A stretch of 64,000 nucleotides of DNA, from positions 368 through 64,367 of the forward strand of contig JAKVAO010000003.1 of assembly GCA_022447685.1 (NCBI GenBank). Direction: 5' to 3'. Shown one piece after another: positions 55,604 through 64,000 of the stretch (within the stretch, counting starts at the first letter, position 1; each line of letters starts with the position of its first letter). This DNA is from Candidatus Caenarcanales bacterium (GTDB lineage: Bacteria; Cyanobacteriota; Vampirovibrionia; LMEP-6097). The translations under genes and the position numbers were made by a program. The notes below the pieces were generated by a model that saw only the letters and a list, made by a program, of their open reading frames with translations, was not told the DNA's origin and made no database searches.

Positions 55604-57655
55604 ATGAATAAACTGATAATACTATTACTATTACTATCCATAAATTTTAGTTCATCAAGGGCTAATACTAATATAGATTTAGAAGAACTCATCTGCACAT
55701 CTGGTAATTGTGATATCAAAATATCACTAGATAAAAATAGCTTACTAAAAAAGGACTCTAAAATTAGGTTCGATCTATTAATAAATAGTGAAAACCTAAA
55801 TACAGAGAAGGATTTTTTTCAAATTGAGCTATCTAAGTTGAGTAGAGAAGATGAGGAGAAAATATTAAAAACCTCTATATTACTTAATAAGAGAAACTCT
55901 AAAAAAAAATATTATAAGATACCATTTGAAATTAAACAGAATCAAATCTCAGACTTCTTCCTAGTATCACTTCAAGACTCTAATACCTTGGTTACAGAAT
56001 ATATTTTAGATTCAAAGTCACTTCTTGAAATAGATGAACAAACTATAAATACAGAGAAACAAATGATAATTAATAGTAATGACTTAGCTGAGTTTATTAA
56101 TAATAAACTTGAGGTGGGAATAGAAAATAATAAAATACCGGGAATCTCAGTTAGGAAAGTCGATACAGAAAACTATAAAATCACTTTACCCAGAAATAGT
56201 ACAGAAAATATTTTAATTGGTAATTTAAATGATATTAAAAATAATGATAGATTGATTGAGGAAGATATTGAACAAAAGCAAATTGAAGAATTTATAGAAC
56301 CACTGAAGCAATTCAAGCAAAACTTAAATCCACTTAAAACTGACTCGATTATTTTAAGAGCTGATAAAAGCGGTGATGAATTAGTCGAAGGGTCTTTAGA
56401 ATTTGATGGTGAAAACCTTTATCTAGTCAAACCTTCAGGGAAAAATATCATCGCTAGTAACCTAAACGGTAAACCTAACTTTGTCCTCAATATCAATGAC
56501 CAAAGTCAAAACTCAAGTACTCCTCAAGTAAGTAACGCTATATCTAGAAAAACAAATACTGGATCAAATATTGACTTTAGTGATGAGCTAAGCTTCTTGA
56601 ACAATGATGTTAATAATGATATTAGTTTAAATTATTCAAATTATAAATTAGGGCATAAAGTGCGCCTTCAACTTAATAACAGTTCAAATAAATTTATTAG
56701 GATTAATTTTCCATCCAATTCTATAACTGATATAGATAATGAACTACCTAATTATTTTAGTAATGATCGAATAATCATAGATCTATTAGTTCTTAATGAT
56801 AATACAGGTCAGGAAGTAATTTATGTAAAAAAAATTAATGAAAGTACTAATCTTATAGATGAGGCGGACTATATATTTTCGCTTAGAAAACTTAGGGATA
56901 GTTATCAAGGACCTGCTATCTCCATAAGGAGAGCTAGTGACAACCACACTAGAGCGATTAATTTTTTAGACAATGGTGAATTAGATACAAATACAATTAA
57001 TAATTTTTGTACTGGGACTGACTGCACTGTATTTACATGGTTTAATCAAAGCGATACCTTGAAACATGCGACTCAAGCTACTGTCACAACCGAAGAGCCA
57101 AAGATTTATGATTCTGTAAGTGGATTAATCAATAATAGTTCTGGGAAAGTAGCAATATTATCAGATGGAGTTGATGATAATCTGGAATTTGATTTAGCAA
57201 ATATAGCGAATAAAAGTTTCACAGCAATAGGTGTTATAGAGAGACTTTCTGGCGTTAATGACAACTACTTTCTCACAAATAGACAAGCCTCAGCGAATAA
57301 AGGACTTCACCTAGGTTTCAGAGATTCTGATGAGATTAGATTTGGTCAATGGTTTAATGATCTTGATGCATCTATAACAGCCTTTAGTTCTGCCAATCTT
57401 GAATTACAAATATTCAGATCTAATCTTAGTATTGGCAAAGAAATATTTCGAAATTCAAATTTAGCTGCATCCAATGGAAATACAGAAGCTATAAATCCTA
57501 CAATTCTAAACCAAGGAAGAATTTTTGGAGCTGAACTAGCTAGTTTTAAGTTCGATGGAACTATTAGTGAAATAATTATCTTCTCTAAAGCTATTACAGA
57601 TAATGAAAAAAACATTTTAGAAGAAGCTATTAATAATTATTATTCTATTTACTAG
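55604..57655 (+). CDS. large hypothetical secreted protein, paralog B of the tandem pair
   Basis: 683 aa, signal peptide MNKLIILLLLLSINFSSSRANT. C-terminus FSLRKLRDSYQGPAISIRRASDN...TDCTVFTWFNQSDT...EPKIYDSVSGLI...LGFRDSD. Its stop TAG is directly abutted by the glmS stop on the other strand (TAGCTA). Confidence 0.55.
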   Translation: MNKLIILLLLLSINFSSSRANTNIDLEELICTSGNCDIKISLDKNSLLKKDSKIRFDLLINSENLNTEKDFFQIELSKLSREDEEKILKTSILLNKRNSKKKYYKIPFEIKQNQISDFFLVSLQDSNTLVTEYILDSKSLLEIDEQTINTEKQMIINSNDLAEFINNKLEVGIENNKIPGISVRKVDTENYKITLPRNSTENILIGNLNDIKNNDRLIEEDIEQKQIEEFIEPLKQFKQNLNPLKTDSIILRADKSGDELVEGSLEFDGENLYLVKPSGKNIIASNLNGKPNFVLNINDQSQNSSTPQVSNAISRKTNTGSNIDFSDELSFLNNDVNNDISLNYSNYKLGHKVRLQLNNSSNKFIRINFPSNSITDIDNELPNYFSNDRIIIDLLVLNDNTGQEVIYVKKINESTNLIDEADYIFSLRKLRDSYQGPAISIRRASDNHTRAINFLDNGELDTNTINNFCTGTDCTVFTWFNQSDTLKHATQATVTTEEPKIYDSVSGLINNSSGKVAILSDGVDDNLEFDLANIANKSFTAIGVIERLSGVNDNYFLTNRQASANKGLHLGFRDSDEIRFGQWFNDLDASITAFSSANLELQIFRSNLSIGKEIFRNSNLAASNGNTEAINPTILNQGRIFGAELASFKFDGTISEIIIFSKAITDNEKNILEEAINNYYSIY

Positions 57656-59563
57656 CTACTCGACAGTAACAGACTTAGCAAGATTACGTGGCTGATCCAC
57701 ATCCTTACCTAAATCTTCAGCAATATAATAAGCCCAGAATTGAAGTGGGATAGTTGCAAGTATTGGACTGAAAATCTGGTCTATATCAGGGATACGTACA
57801 ACTAAATCAAACTCACTTACATGATCTTGGTTAGAATCTGTGGTAAGTAAAATACTTGGAGCCTTTCTAGTCTTAGCCTCTAAAGCATTGTGAATCACTT
57901 TCTCTGCTGTAACCTGCTCATCTTCATATTTACTAGGAATCGAGATACTTATCACGGGAACATTTTCATCAAGAATCGCGATAGGACCATGTTTCAGTTC
58001 ACCGCTAGGGTAAGCTGTAGCATGAGCATAGCTAAGTTCTTTTAATTTGAGTGCACCTTCCATCGCTGTCACATGGTTGATTCCACGACTCAAGAATATA
58101 AAATCCTTATAATTAGCATAATTCAAACATTGCTCTTTATAAGCATTAGCACGGTGTAAAGTCTGCTCTATAAGCACTGGTAACATTTTCAAGTTCTGCA
58201 AAATCTCATTAAAGAACTCTTCTTCAAGTGCCTTACGCGCAACAGCAATCTGTAAGCCTAAAAGATAATGAGCAAGGATTTGTGAAGTATAGGCTTTAGT
58301 AGAAGCTACAGAAATTTCAATATCAGCTGGAGTGATATAAGTATTAACTCCACATAAATTATTAATTGCAGAAGCTGGTCTATTAGTGATAGCAAGTAAG
58401 TTTGCTCCTGTTTTTTTAGCTCTTTGAAGAGCAAGTATGGTATCAGCGGTTTCCCCAGACTGACTAATTCCTACAACTAAATCTTTCTCAGACAAAAAAT
58501 TCACCTGATAATTAAACTCGCTAGCGATAATCACTTCTACTGGAATAGCTGCCCAAGTACCGAGTATCGATTTGAGGACTTGAGCTGAATGATAAGCTGA
58601 ACCACAAGCTATGCAGTAAACCTTCTCTATATTAGTAAAATCAATTTGAAAGTCCATTAATTTGAAATTAGTAAATGATTGATCTTCAATCAATGACAGC
58701 ATTTTAGATAAAACAGTAGGCTGCTCATAAATTTCTTTAAGAAGAAAATGTTTATAACCTTTTTTATCCATGATAGAGTCATTTTGCTTCAAGACCTTAA
58801 TAACTGGCTTGATTTCATTGCCATCAAAATCTTGAATCTCAATAGTATTTTTGCTGATAACAGCAAGCTCTCTATCTGCTAAACGAACTATCTTATCCGT
58901 GAACTGTAAAACAGTATCACTATCACTTGCAGCAAAGTTTTCTTGCTCACCAATACCAATTACAAGTGGGGATTCATTTTTAGCAAGTAAAATTCTTTTC
59001 ACAGGTTTAGTTTGATCTTTTAATTCTGAGTCATTAATAATTATTGCAAGTGCATAACTACCATCTAGACGAGAGCTCAGCTCACGCAAAGCTTTGAAAT
59101 CGTCGTAAGAATTAGTACTTAATAAGTCTTTTCTTATTGAAGAAAACATATTAGCGATAACTTCAGTATCGGTATCACTCTTGAAGACAAAGCCTTTAGT
59201 CTCCAATTCTGATCTTAGACTTTGATAATTGCGAATAATCCCATTATGGACTATAGCTAAAGATGAGTCACTGTCTAGGTGAGGATGAGCATTTACATCA
59301 TTAGGCTCACCGTGCGTTGCCCAACGAGTATGCCCGATACCACAAATGCTTTGTTCAACTTCATTCTGCTCCTGCTCTGATAAAGAATAAATATTCTTCT
59401 CTAAATCTAAAATCTTACCTTTATTCTTATAAACTTTAACGGAATCATTTAATAAAGCGATACCAGAGGAATCATAGCCTCTATATTCAAGACTTTTTAG
59501 ACCTTGAAGTAGTAACCTAGCAGCTTTAGGCTCAGAACCTACATAAGAGACGATTCCACACAT
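57656..59563 (-). CDS. glmS: glutamine--fructose-6-phosphate aminotransferase (isomerizing)
   Basis: N-terminal MCGIV (Ntn Cys). Two SIS domains, the first with SQSGETADT. C-terminal ...KSVTVE. Confidence 0.9.
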   Translation of the reverse strand: MCGIVSYVGSEPKAARLLLQGLKSLEYRGYDSSGIALLNDSVKVYKNKGKILDLEKNIYSLSEQEQNEVEQSICGIGHTRWATHGEPNDVNAHPHLDSDSSLAIVHNGIIRNYQSLRSELETKGFVFKSDTDTEVIANMFSSIRKDLLSTNSYDDFKALRELSSRLDGSYALAIIINDSELKDQTKPVKRILLAKNESPLVIGIGEQENFAASDSDTVLQFTDKIVRLADRELAVISKNTIEIQDFDGNEIKPVIKVLKQNDSIMDKKGYKHFLLKEIYEQPTVLSKMLSLIEDQSFTNFKLMDFQIDFTNIEKVYCIACGSAYHSAQVLKSILGTWAAIPVEVIIASEFNYQVNFLSEKDLVVGISQSGETADTILALQRAKKTGANLLAITNRPASAINNLCGVNTYITPADIEISVASTKAYTSQILAHYLLGLQIAVARKALEEEFFNEILQNLKMLPVLIEQTLHRANAYKEQCLNYANYKDFIFLSRGINHVTAMEGALKLKELSYAHATAYPSGELKHGPIAILDENVPVISISIPSKYEDEQVTAEKVIHNALEAKTRKAPSILLTTDSNQDHVSEFDLVVRIPDIDQIFSPILATIPLQFWAYYIAEDLGKDVDQPRNLAKSVTVE

Positions 59564-59601
59564 ATTTACTTAATTATAAACCAAGCCGTAAGACTATATG
59601 A

Positions 59602-62600
59602 CTAAACTTCAAGAACCTCTAGAATAGCCCTAATAGCTTCTAATTTCTGATCAACGTCCATATACTCACTCTTAAGTAAAATATGTGACTGAGCATTCTT
59701 CATACCGCCAGCAGTTCCAGGCTTGAACATAGTCTTAGACTGAATAAACTGTGGAAGATTTTTCTGTGAACGTAACCATTTCTGTAATCTGAGATTAGCG
59801 TATATCTTAACTTCACCAGCTTCTTCAATGATATTTGCGATATTTTTGGTATTTGCAAAGAGTTTGATTTTAGAAACTTCAATCAATGACTGAGCTTCAA
59901 TTGGTAAGCGTCCAAATCTATCTGACCATTCAGCGACTATGCTATCAAGGTCTTTCTCATTATCAATAAGTGAAAGTCTCTTATATTCATTCATTCTCTG
60001 ATGCTCATCGGTAATCCAAGTCTCTGGGAAGAATGCACTTACTTTGATATCAAGTGTACATGAATTCTCAATTTCTTCGATTGCAGATTTTTCACCTTTA
60101 ACCTCAGCAATAGCATCACCAAGCATCTTGAAGTATAGACTAGCTCCAACAGCAACCATGTGACCGTGCTGCTCAGCACCAAAGACATTACCAACACCAC
60201 GAATTTCCATGTCACGGAGTGCAACCTGGTAACCTGCACCTAGATTAGTTAACTCTTTGATGGCTTTAAGACGCTGCCTTGCTGTCTCAGACAAATCAGC
60301 AGCAGAATCATAGAGTAAATAAGCGTAAGCCTGTGTACTTGATCTGCCAACACGACCTCTTAACTGATAAAGCTGCGAAAGACCAAAGGTATTTGCCCTA
60401 TTGATAACTATTGTATTTGCATCACTGATATCTAAACCTGTCTCAATGATAGTGGTACAAACAAGAACATTAAACTCATTATTCACAAAAGCAAACATAG
60501 TATCTTCTAGCTCTTGTGGTTTCATCTGACCATGAGCGACCCTGACATTCGCCTCTGGAACCAGATCCATAATACTATAAGCAATTTGTTGAATCGATTC
60601 GACTCTATTGTGAAGGAAAAAGACCTTACCACCTCTTTCAATTTCATGAAGAATAGCGTTGCGAATCACTGATTGTTTGTACTCACCTACAAATGTTTTC
60701 ACCGGCAATCTGTTAGTTGGTGCTGTTGCAATCAAGCTAATATCTTTAATTCCAGCAAGTGACATATGTAAAGTTCTTGGAATCGGGGTTGCAGACATAG
60801 ATATAACATCCAAATCTTTTCTAAGTTCTTTTAGTTTCTCTTTATGACTAACACCAAAACGCTGCTCCTCATCAATAACAAGCAAACCTAATTCTTTAAA
60901 CTGAATATCTTTCTGTAATAATCTATGAGTACCTATAACCAGGTCACATTCACCAGTTCGCAATAATTTGATAGTATCTTTCTGCTCTTTAGCTGACTTA
61001 AATCTAGATAGCAAACCCATTTTGATAGGGTAAGGTGCGTACCTATCTCTCATAACATTAAAATGCTGCTGGGCTAGAACAGTGGTAGGAACAAGAACTG
61101 CAACTTGCTTACCTTCCATGATAACTTTAAAAATAGCTCTGATAATAACTTCAGTCTTACCAAAACCTGCATCACCACAGATAAGCCTATCCATCAACTT
61201 CTGTGATTCCATATCAGATTTGACATTCATGATTGCCTTCAACTGATCTTCGGTTTCATCATAAGGAAAAGCATCTTCCATCTCCAGCTGCCAAGGCGTA
61301 TCCATCTGATAGATATAACCTTGTTGCTTTGCTCTTCTAGCATATAAAGCAACTAAATCTTGAGCAACTTTCTTAACTGATTTTCTAACTCTAGTCTTGG
61401 TACGAGTCCACTCATTACCACCAAGTTTAGACAATTTAGGTTTAGCGTCACCTGCCAAATCAAATCTAGAAAGAAGGTTCACCTGATCTACTGGGATTAA
61501 AACTCTAGCTTCTCCAGCATACTCTAGTATTAAATATTCCTGTTTACCGATACCAGTAAGTTCAACCAGTTCAGTACCCTGATACATACCTAAACCATGC
61601 TTATAGTGAATAACAAAGTCACCTGCATTCAAGTCTGCAATGTCAGTATAGGCATTCTTACGTCTCTGCTGTTCTAATTCTTTCTCTTTTTCCTGCTTCT
61701 TGTTTTTCTGCCTAGCTACAGCCTGACGACTTCTCCCAAAAAGCTCTCTATCAGTAAGAATAACAAGATCTAATTCAGGGATTTTACAACCTTCTTCAAG
61801 ACCGTCTCTTTGGATAATAACCTGCTCTCTATCTATAGCTTCAAAATCATGATTAACAGTCAAGTAAACACAATTAATATCCCATTCTTTAAGAATCCCA
61901 GAGGCTCTTTGCGGCTGTTCACTAAAAATGATTACTCGTTTTTGTTCACGAAGACTTTGTTTGATATAAGCTACAAACTCTTCCACCTTACTTGCAAAAC
62001 GCTCTGCTGGAAAAGTTCTAAGCTCAGTACTCAGATCATCACTAGAAGCATCAAGCTCCTCAACGACTTGTAAGTAAAGTCTTCTTTTATAAGATTTGAT
62101 TTTCTGAACTATCTCTGAAGATTCAAGGAATAAGTCATTTTCAATCGGTAATAACTTACCAGTATTAAGCCCGTCTTTATACTGATTCTGAATTTTATTC
62201 TGCCAATCCTGGTTATGAATAAGTAGATCTTCCCATTCATCCAAAACTAATTGCAGGTTTTCAGCCTCAGGCAAGTATTCAAACAAAGTACTATAACCCT
62301 GTCCTAGATGAGATTTGTAATATTCAACACCTTCCCAATATAAAGTTTTATTCTCAGAACTCAGATTATGAGAAAGAGACAGCTCCAAACCCTCACGAGT
62401 TTCTTCATCAAGCTTAGAACTATATTCTTTAACTAAATTAATCAACTTCTCTTCAAGTGCATCAGCATCACTTCTAATAATGGAATACCTAGGGTGAATT
62501 TCAATGGAATCGAGCTTATCTATAGATCTCTGTGAACTTATAGAAAAAGTTCTAATACTATCTACACTCTCACCGAAAAACTCTATACGCGTAGCTTCGC

Positions 62601-63156
62601 CCTGCAAAGGATAAACATCTAAAATATCCCCTCTATGACTGAACTGACCACGATTTTCAACCATGAACTGCTGTGAATAACCAAGTTCAACAAGTTTTCT
62701 AGCTATATCTAAAGGTTCGTATTCATCATTAAGCTTAATCTTCAAACCAGATTCTTCAAGCAGTTTTCTTTGTATATAAAGTTGTGAAAATGCCTTGAAT
62801 GTAATTACAGTAAGGCTTGGCTTATCTGATTGCCAAGTAGAAAAAATCTTCAATTGACTAGATGTAACTTGAACATCTGAGTTGATCTGATCATAAGGCG
62901 AAATTTCTTGACACAGAAAATTATGTACTTCTACATCCTCTCCAAGTAAATTCTTAATCTCACGATAGTAGGTCTGCGCCTCATGGTGATTATTTACAAT
63001 ATAAAGTAAATGTTTTTTCTGTTTCTTGAAGAGGTTTGCAATTACAAAACTCTTGGCAGAGTTGGTTAAACCGTGAACTATTAATTCATTTTTGGCTGTG
63101 AGCCTTTGGTAAATTGAATTAAAATTATTATCTTTGGAAATTAAATCTAAAAGCAA
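59602..63156 (-). CDS. mfd: transcription-repair coupling factor Mfd
   Basis: 1184 aa. UvrB-homology N-terminal region, RNAP-interaction domain, SF2 helicase motifs (GDAGFGKTEV, DEEQRFG, SATPIPRT, RGRVGRS) and C-terminal TRCF domain. Confidence 0.9.
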   Translation of the reverse strand: MLLDLISKDNNFNSIYQRLTAKNELIVHGLTNSAKSFVIANLFKKQKKHLLYIVNNHHEAQTYYREIKNLLGEDVEVHNFLCQEISPYDQINSDVQVTSSQLKIFSTWQSDKPSLTVITFKAFSQLYIQRKLLEESGLKIKLNDEYEPLDIARKLVELGYSQQFMVENRGQFSHRGDILDVYPLQGEATRIEFFGESVDSIRTFSISSQRSIDKLDSIEIHPRYSIIRSDADALEEKLINLVKEYSSKLDEETREGLELSLSHNLSSENKTLYWEGVEYYKSHLGQGYSTLFEYLPEAENLQLVLDEWEDLLIHNQDWQNKIQNQYKDGLNTGKLLPIENDLFLESSEIVQKIKSYKRRLYLQVVEELDASSDDLSTELRTFPAERFASKVEEFVAYIKQSLREQKRVIIFSEQPQRASGILKEWDINCVYLTVNHDFEAIDREQVIIQRDGLEEGCKIPELDLVILTDRELFGRSRQAVARQKNKKQEKEKELEQQRRKNAYTDIADLNAGDFVIHYKHGLGMYQGTELVELTGIGKQEYLILEYAGEARVLIPVDQVNLLSRFDLAGDAKPKLSKLGGNEWTRTKTRVRKSVKKVAQDLVALYARRAKQQGYIYQMDTPWQLEMEDAFPYDETEDQLKAIMNVKSDMESQKLMDRLICGDAGFGKTEVIIRAIFKVIMEGKQVAVLVPTTVLAQQHFNVMRDRYAPYPIKMGLLSRFKSAKEQKDTIKLLRTGECDLVIGTHRLLQKDIQFKELGLLVIDEEQRFGVSHKEKLKELRKDLDVISMSATPIPRTLHMSLAGIKDISLIATAPTNRLPVKTFVGEYKQSVIRNAILHEIERGGKVFFLHNRVESIQQIAYSIMDLVPEANVRVAHGQMKPQELEDTMFAFVNNEFNVLVCTTIIETGLDISDANTIVINRANTFGLSQLYQLRGRVGRSSTQAYAYLLYDSAADLSETARQRLKAIKELTNLGAGYQVALRDMEIRGVGNVFGAEQHGHMVAVGASLYFKMLGDAIAEVKGEKSAIEEIENSCTLDIKVSAFFPETWITDEHQRMNEYKRLSLIDNEKDLDSIVAEWSDRFGRLPIEAQSLIEVSKIKLFANTKNIANIIEEAGEVKIYANLRLQKWLRSQKNLPQFIQSKTMFKPGTAGGMKNAQSHILLKSEYMDVDQKLEAIRAILEVLEV

Positions 63157-63172
63157 CTAAACTTCACCTATA

Positions 63173-64000
63173 TTATATTTGACTTGCATGAACTATTAGT
63201 TCAGGTCTTTTACCTATTTGTTGTTTGATAACCTTCTCCATATGAGATCTTACGACACTCTCACACTCTTGGATAGTAGCTTCAGGCTTACCAGAATACA
63301 GAGCATCGACAGCGTCTACTATAGGTTGAGTATTGAACATACAGAAAGCTTTCCACTCTTTATTCTTCGAGAAAGTACAAGCTTTAGCAGAGAAAACAGG
63401 GCCAGCGACTATTTTTTTGTTTTTGTTGATAGATAAACTAATTATCACAACACCTTCACGTGACATCAAATCACGAGACTTAACCAAATGCTCTTCAAGC
63501 TCGTAATGATCCATCATACTGTAAAGAATTTCTTCGTATTTAAGCTGCTCAACAACACGAACTACATCATTGTCAGCAAGCTCAATTACATCTGCATTAT
63601 CAAGAATAAGAATTGAGCCTGGGTCAAAACCTGTTTCTACAGCTAGCTTCGCGTGCTTCACCAAATGCCTAGTCTCACCTAAAGCAGGTAAAAAGTACTT
63701 AGGGCGAGTTAAGTTAAACATAAACTTCAGCTCCTCAGTCAAAGCATTAGATTCAACATTCACTCCAGCATTGCGACCACCGATAATCTTCACTGATCTT
63801 AAGAAACATTGGTCAGAAATCTGAGCCATAATCCTAACAGTTCCAGGAGGCAAATCAGCACTATTAACAAGTACATCACCTTCTTTCAAATTCAATTCAA
63901 GACTCTTATCAAAAGCAATAAGTTCTAAACTTTCAAGAGCAAGATCCTCTGGAGCACCAGTCAGAATCAACAATTCAGAGTCCGCATGATCTTTAGCTTC
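63173..64000 (-). CDS. rnj: RNase J-like (metallo-beta-lactamase / beta-CASP family) protein, C-terminal part; gene continues beyond the window
   Basis: NVESNALTEELKFMFNLTRPKYFLPALGETRHLVKHAKLA aligns with the RNase J segment [33 protein letters not shown]. The C-terminal domain also resembles RNase J. The N-terminal half (zinc motifs) is outside the window. Confidence 0.65.
   Translation of the reverse strand, partial: EAKDHADSELLILTGAPEDLALESLELIAFDKSLELNLKEGDVLVNSADLPPGTVRIMAQISDQCFLRSVKIIGGRNAGVNVESNALTEELKFMFNLTRPKYFLPALGETRHLVKHAKLAVETGFDPGSILILDNADVIELADNDVVRVVEQLKYEEILYSMMDHYELEEHLVKSRDLMSREGVVIISLSINKNKKIVAGPVFSAKACTFSKNKEWKAFCMFNTQPIVDAVDALYSGKPEATIQECESVVRSHMEKVIKQQIGKRPELIVHASQI

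Noticed and set aside
59700-62073. Small ORFs on both strands within mfd
   Set aside because: Internal to or antisense of the 1184-aa Mfd gene.
1-64000. CRISPR arrays, rRNA genes, prophage structural genes, defence-island signatures
   Set aside because: I looked for regular direct repeats with spacers, rRNA-like conserved stretches and phage hallmark genes (terminase, portal, integrase) and saw none. The only mobile element supported is the IS5-family copy.

Overview
This is an AT-rich window (roughly low-to-mid 30s % GC by eye) of dense bacterial chromosomal sequence, coding on both strands. Gram-negative envelope markers are present: a GT9 LPS heptosyltransferase, MlaE and an MlaD-like MCE protein, RseP and LolD/FtsX-type ABC components. 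A flagellin gene, a FliA-family sigma factor and an aerobic/microaerobic respiratory chain are also present. Guessing the lineage (perhaps Bdellovibrionota/Oligoflexia-like) is speculative. Confident housekeeping calls are tRNA-Gln(UUG), tRNA-Lys(UUU), flagellin, D-lactate dehydrogenase, a DEAD-box helicase, a MATE transporter, AcpS, RseP, AlaS, FtsH, NrnA, SSB, DnaK, GlmS, Mfd and a partial RNase J-like gene at the right edge. Features worth attention: (1) One very large minus-strand respiratory operon (39390..47652) encodes cbb3 oxidase (CcoN, CcoO fused to an extra mono-heme domain, a CcoQ-like protein, a CcoP-N-like micro-ORF and a di-heme cytochrome c) followed by Rieske and cytochrome b. 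Downstream are two small membrane proteins, an unusual cytochrome-b(N-domain)::2x[4Fe-4S] ferredoxin fusion, an MvhD/FlpD-like iron-sulfur protein and a 38-aa single-TM peptide. This may be an undescribed electron-input module attached to a bc-cbb3 supercomplex operon. (2) A degraded accessory islet (32941..34961) holds a consensus sigma70 promoter and GAGGAG RBS driving a frameshifted gene, a truncated EEP-nuclease remnant, and a 912-bp IS5-family element with perfect 18-bp TIRs, a 3-bp AAT target duplication and a transposase broken at an A6G run. (3) Immediately downstream, a 74-aa stand-alone MshEN-type (c-di-GMP-binding motif) protein is followed, after only a 4-nt gap, by a divergent GHMP sugar-kinase-like protein. 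(4) A DUF1501(Tat) / secreted protein / DUF1800 cluster in which the intervening protein is paralogous to the N-terminal extension of the DUF1800 protein. (5) Two tandem paralogous large secreted proteins, and a frameshifted tandem-repeat surface protein. At least three genes are broken at short homopolymer runs, which may be assembly indels or slipped-strand variation and should be checked before biological interpretation.
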